In this document: one piece after another, positions 26,369-27,694 of the stretch | Numbering within the stretch: position 1 is the stretch's first letter | Layout of the letters: every line of letters starts with the position of its first letter | IMG/VR virus record: IMGVR_UViG_3300020159_001694 | Span: 1 to 27,694 of that record | DNA length: 27,694 nucleotides | DNA from: a virus | Lineage: Duplodnaviria; Caudoviricetes | Reading direction: 5' to 3' (one strand) | Translations under genes and position numbers: made by a program | The notes under the pieces: generated by a model | Told to the model about the DNA's origin: nothing | What the model saw: only the letters and a program-made list of their open reading frames with translations | Database searches by the model: none

Positions 26369-27694
26369 ATGAATACCCAAAATATTTTAAAGTTTTACGG
26401 CTCAAAGTTGGATATTAAGTTAGATAGTTCAGAATTTTACGATTATGAGGTGTCAAAAGTCCAAGGAGATTACAATACGGACGTTTTAGATTTAACGACT
26501 CCCATAACATACACCGGTTTGACAATTGACACCGGTTTAGGGTATGCTAGCTGTTCAAGGAACACAATTAGACTGATTGAATACGATAATTCATCTAACG
26601 ATTCATCTTATATCTATTCAGGATTATCATACACAATAGACTATGATGATTTCATTAGTAATTTTGACTATCCTTATGAATATACAATCCTTAACAATAA
26701 TATATATACATATACAGGAATAACTGGTGAGACACATTATTTTAGAATCGGCGGGTTTAATAACACATTAAACTCTCCATCTACCGGTTTTACTAAAGAT
26801 ATTATTGATTGCTCTCAAATATTAGGTGGTGCAAGTTGTTGTCCAACTCCATCATCGTTATCGAATAAACCTTGGGCATATAAAATTAATGAAGGGACCG
26901 GAACAGGAAATTGCGAATCAATAGTACAAAGAAGAACCGAAAAAGGGTGGACATTAGATTTCATATTCAATAGAGAGAGTGTCAATTGGTATTCAAATAA
27001 TGTGTTTTATTATCTTGGAGTTAGGGGTGATGATAATCCCGACAATTATGTCGATAATAATTTGTCGTTTCAATTTACCTCAGATAGAAGAATTAAATGG
27101 GTTTCTTATAGATACTCAGGAGTATGTGACCCATCATTAGGGTATTCTGATTCATATTATTTAGACCAAGATGTAACACCAAGACTTTGTACCACCGGTT
27201 CAACTAAAGATTTTAATGTCACAATCGTATTTGACAGATATAAAAGATACACAGACTGTAACATTGAGAATGATGGTGGGTGGAATGATATGATTCCCGG
27301 TATAAAAACAATACCATATACACCTGAATCGGGTAGTTCTGTAACATCTACACAAACAACCGTCTATTCTGAAGACGAAGAATTAAGAAAGAAATGGGCA
27401 AGTGAGAGAGAAAGAAGATTAGGTGTTCTAAAAATATATTTAAATGGTCGACCAATTTATAAAAAAGAGGATTGGGAGGAAGTGATTCCGTCAACAAGAG
27501 GAGTACAATCATTTATACAATCTTGGGGTGGTGGAACAGGTTTAATGAATAATGTACATAACGGTACTTGTTGTTTTAATATGAAAACAATTAAGTATTA
27601 TGAAGAACCGTTAGACTTTGTTCACGTTCGTCATAATTTTTTAACAAGATTAAATCAATATGATTTCTTTATTTGTGGATTAGATTGTGAAGAT
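26369..27694 (+). CDS. Putative virion protein with LamG/concanavalin-like features (3'-truncated; absent from the ORF track)
   Basis: Manual translation MNTQNILKFYGSKLDIKLDSSEFYDY...GWTLDFIF...FNVTIVFDR...LKIYLNGRPI...IKYYEEPL... stays open for 442 codons to the window end. Confidence 0.75.
   Translation, partial: MNTQNILKFYGSKLDIKLDSSEFYDYEVSKVQGDYNTDVLDLTTPITYTGLTIDTGLGYASCSRNTIRLIEYDNSSNDSSYIYSGLSYTIDYDDFISNFDYPYEYTILNNNIYTYTGITGETHYFRIGGFNNTLNSPSTGFTKDIIDCSQILGGASCCPTPSSLSNKPWAYKINEGTGTGNCESIVQRRTEKGWTLDFIFNRESVNWYSNNVFYYLGVRGDDNPDNYVDNNLSFQFTSDRRIKWVSYRYSGVCDPSLGYSDSYYLDQDVTPRLCTTGSTKDFNVTIVFDRYKRYTDCNIENDGGWNDMIPGIKTIPYTPESGSSVTSTQTTVYSEDEELRKKWASERERRLGVLKIYLNGRPIYKKEDWEEVIPSTRGVQSFIQSWGGGTGLMNNVHNGTCCFNMKTIKYYEEPLDFVHVRHNFLTRLNQYDFFICGLDCED

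Noticed and set aside
1-27694. Alternative genetic code (stop recoding seen in some large phages)
   Set aside because: Core genes are intact and densely packed under the standard code; TGA (8445) and TAG (9626) appear to act as stops.
1-27694. tRNA, rRNA, intron or intein
   Set aside because: Intergenic gaps are under about 100 nt with no cloverleaf seen, and conserved genes show no interruption or intein motifs.

Overview
This AT-rich (low-GC), densely coding window comes from a large T4-like/jumbo-type tailed phage. A Bacteroidota host is likely, from the Bacteroidota-type bS21, TTTG-N19/20-TAnnTTT[G/T] promoters and A-rich leaders lacking a Shine-Dalgarno (SD). The + strand (1-8042) carries the head module: terminase C-terminus, gp20-like portal, putative core protein, gp21-like protease, scaffold and gp23-like major capsid. 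A ribosomal protein bS21 gene sits antisense inside this module and meets its neighbour in a 30-bp perfect palindrome. A small + strand cassette follows (hypothetical, GT10-like protein, dCMP deaminase). A long - strand block encodes virion/baseplate proteins, a gp55-like sigma factor, three glycosyltransferases, a degenerate HAD protein, PhoH, dUTPase, a WYL protein and a 47-aa repeat protein. An ORF missing from the supplied track starts at 26369 and runs off the end. Main observations: a recurrent TATTTAT[A] candidate late promoter, a shared C-terminal E-x-I-x-R-x-K-x-L-[M/I] motif that may be a capsid-loading signal, the bS21 palindrome junction, and a glycosyltransferase operon coupled to the sigma factor. 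Functional calls come from motifs recognised by eye; no database searches were run.
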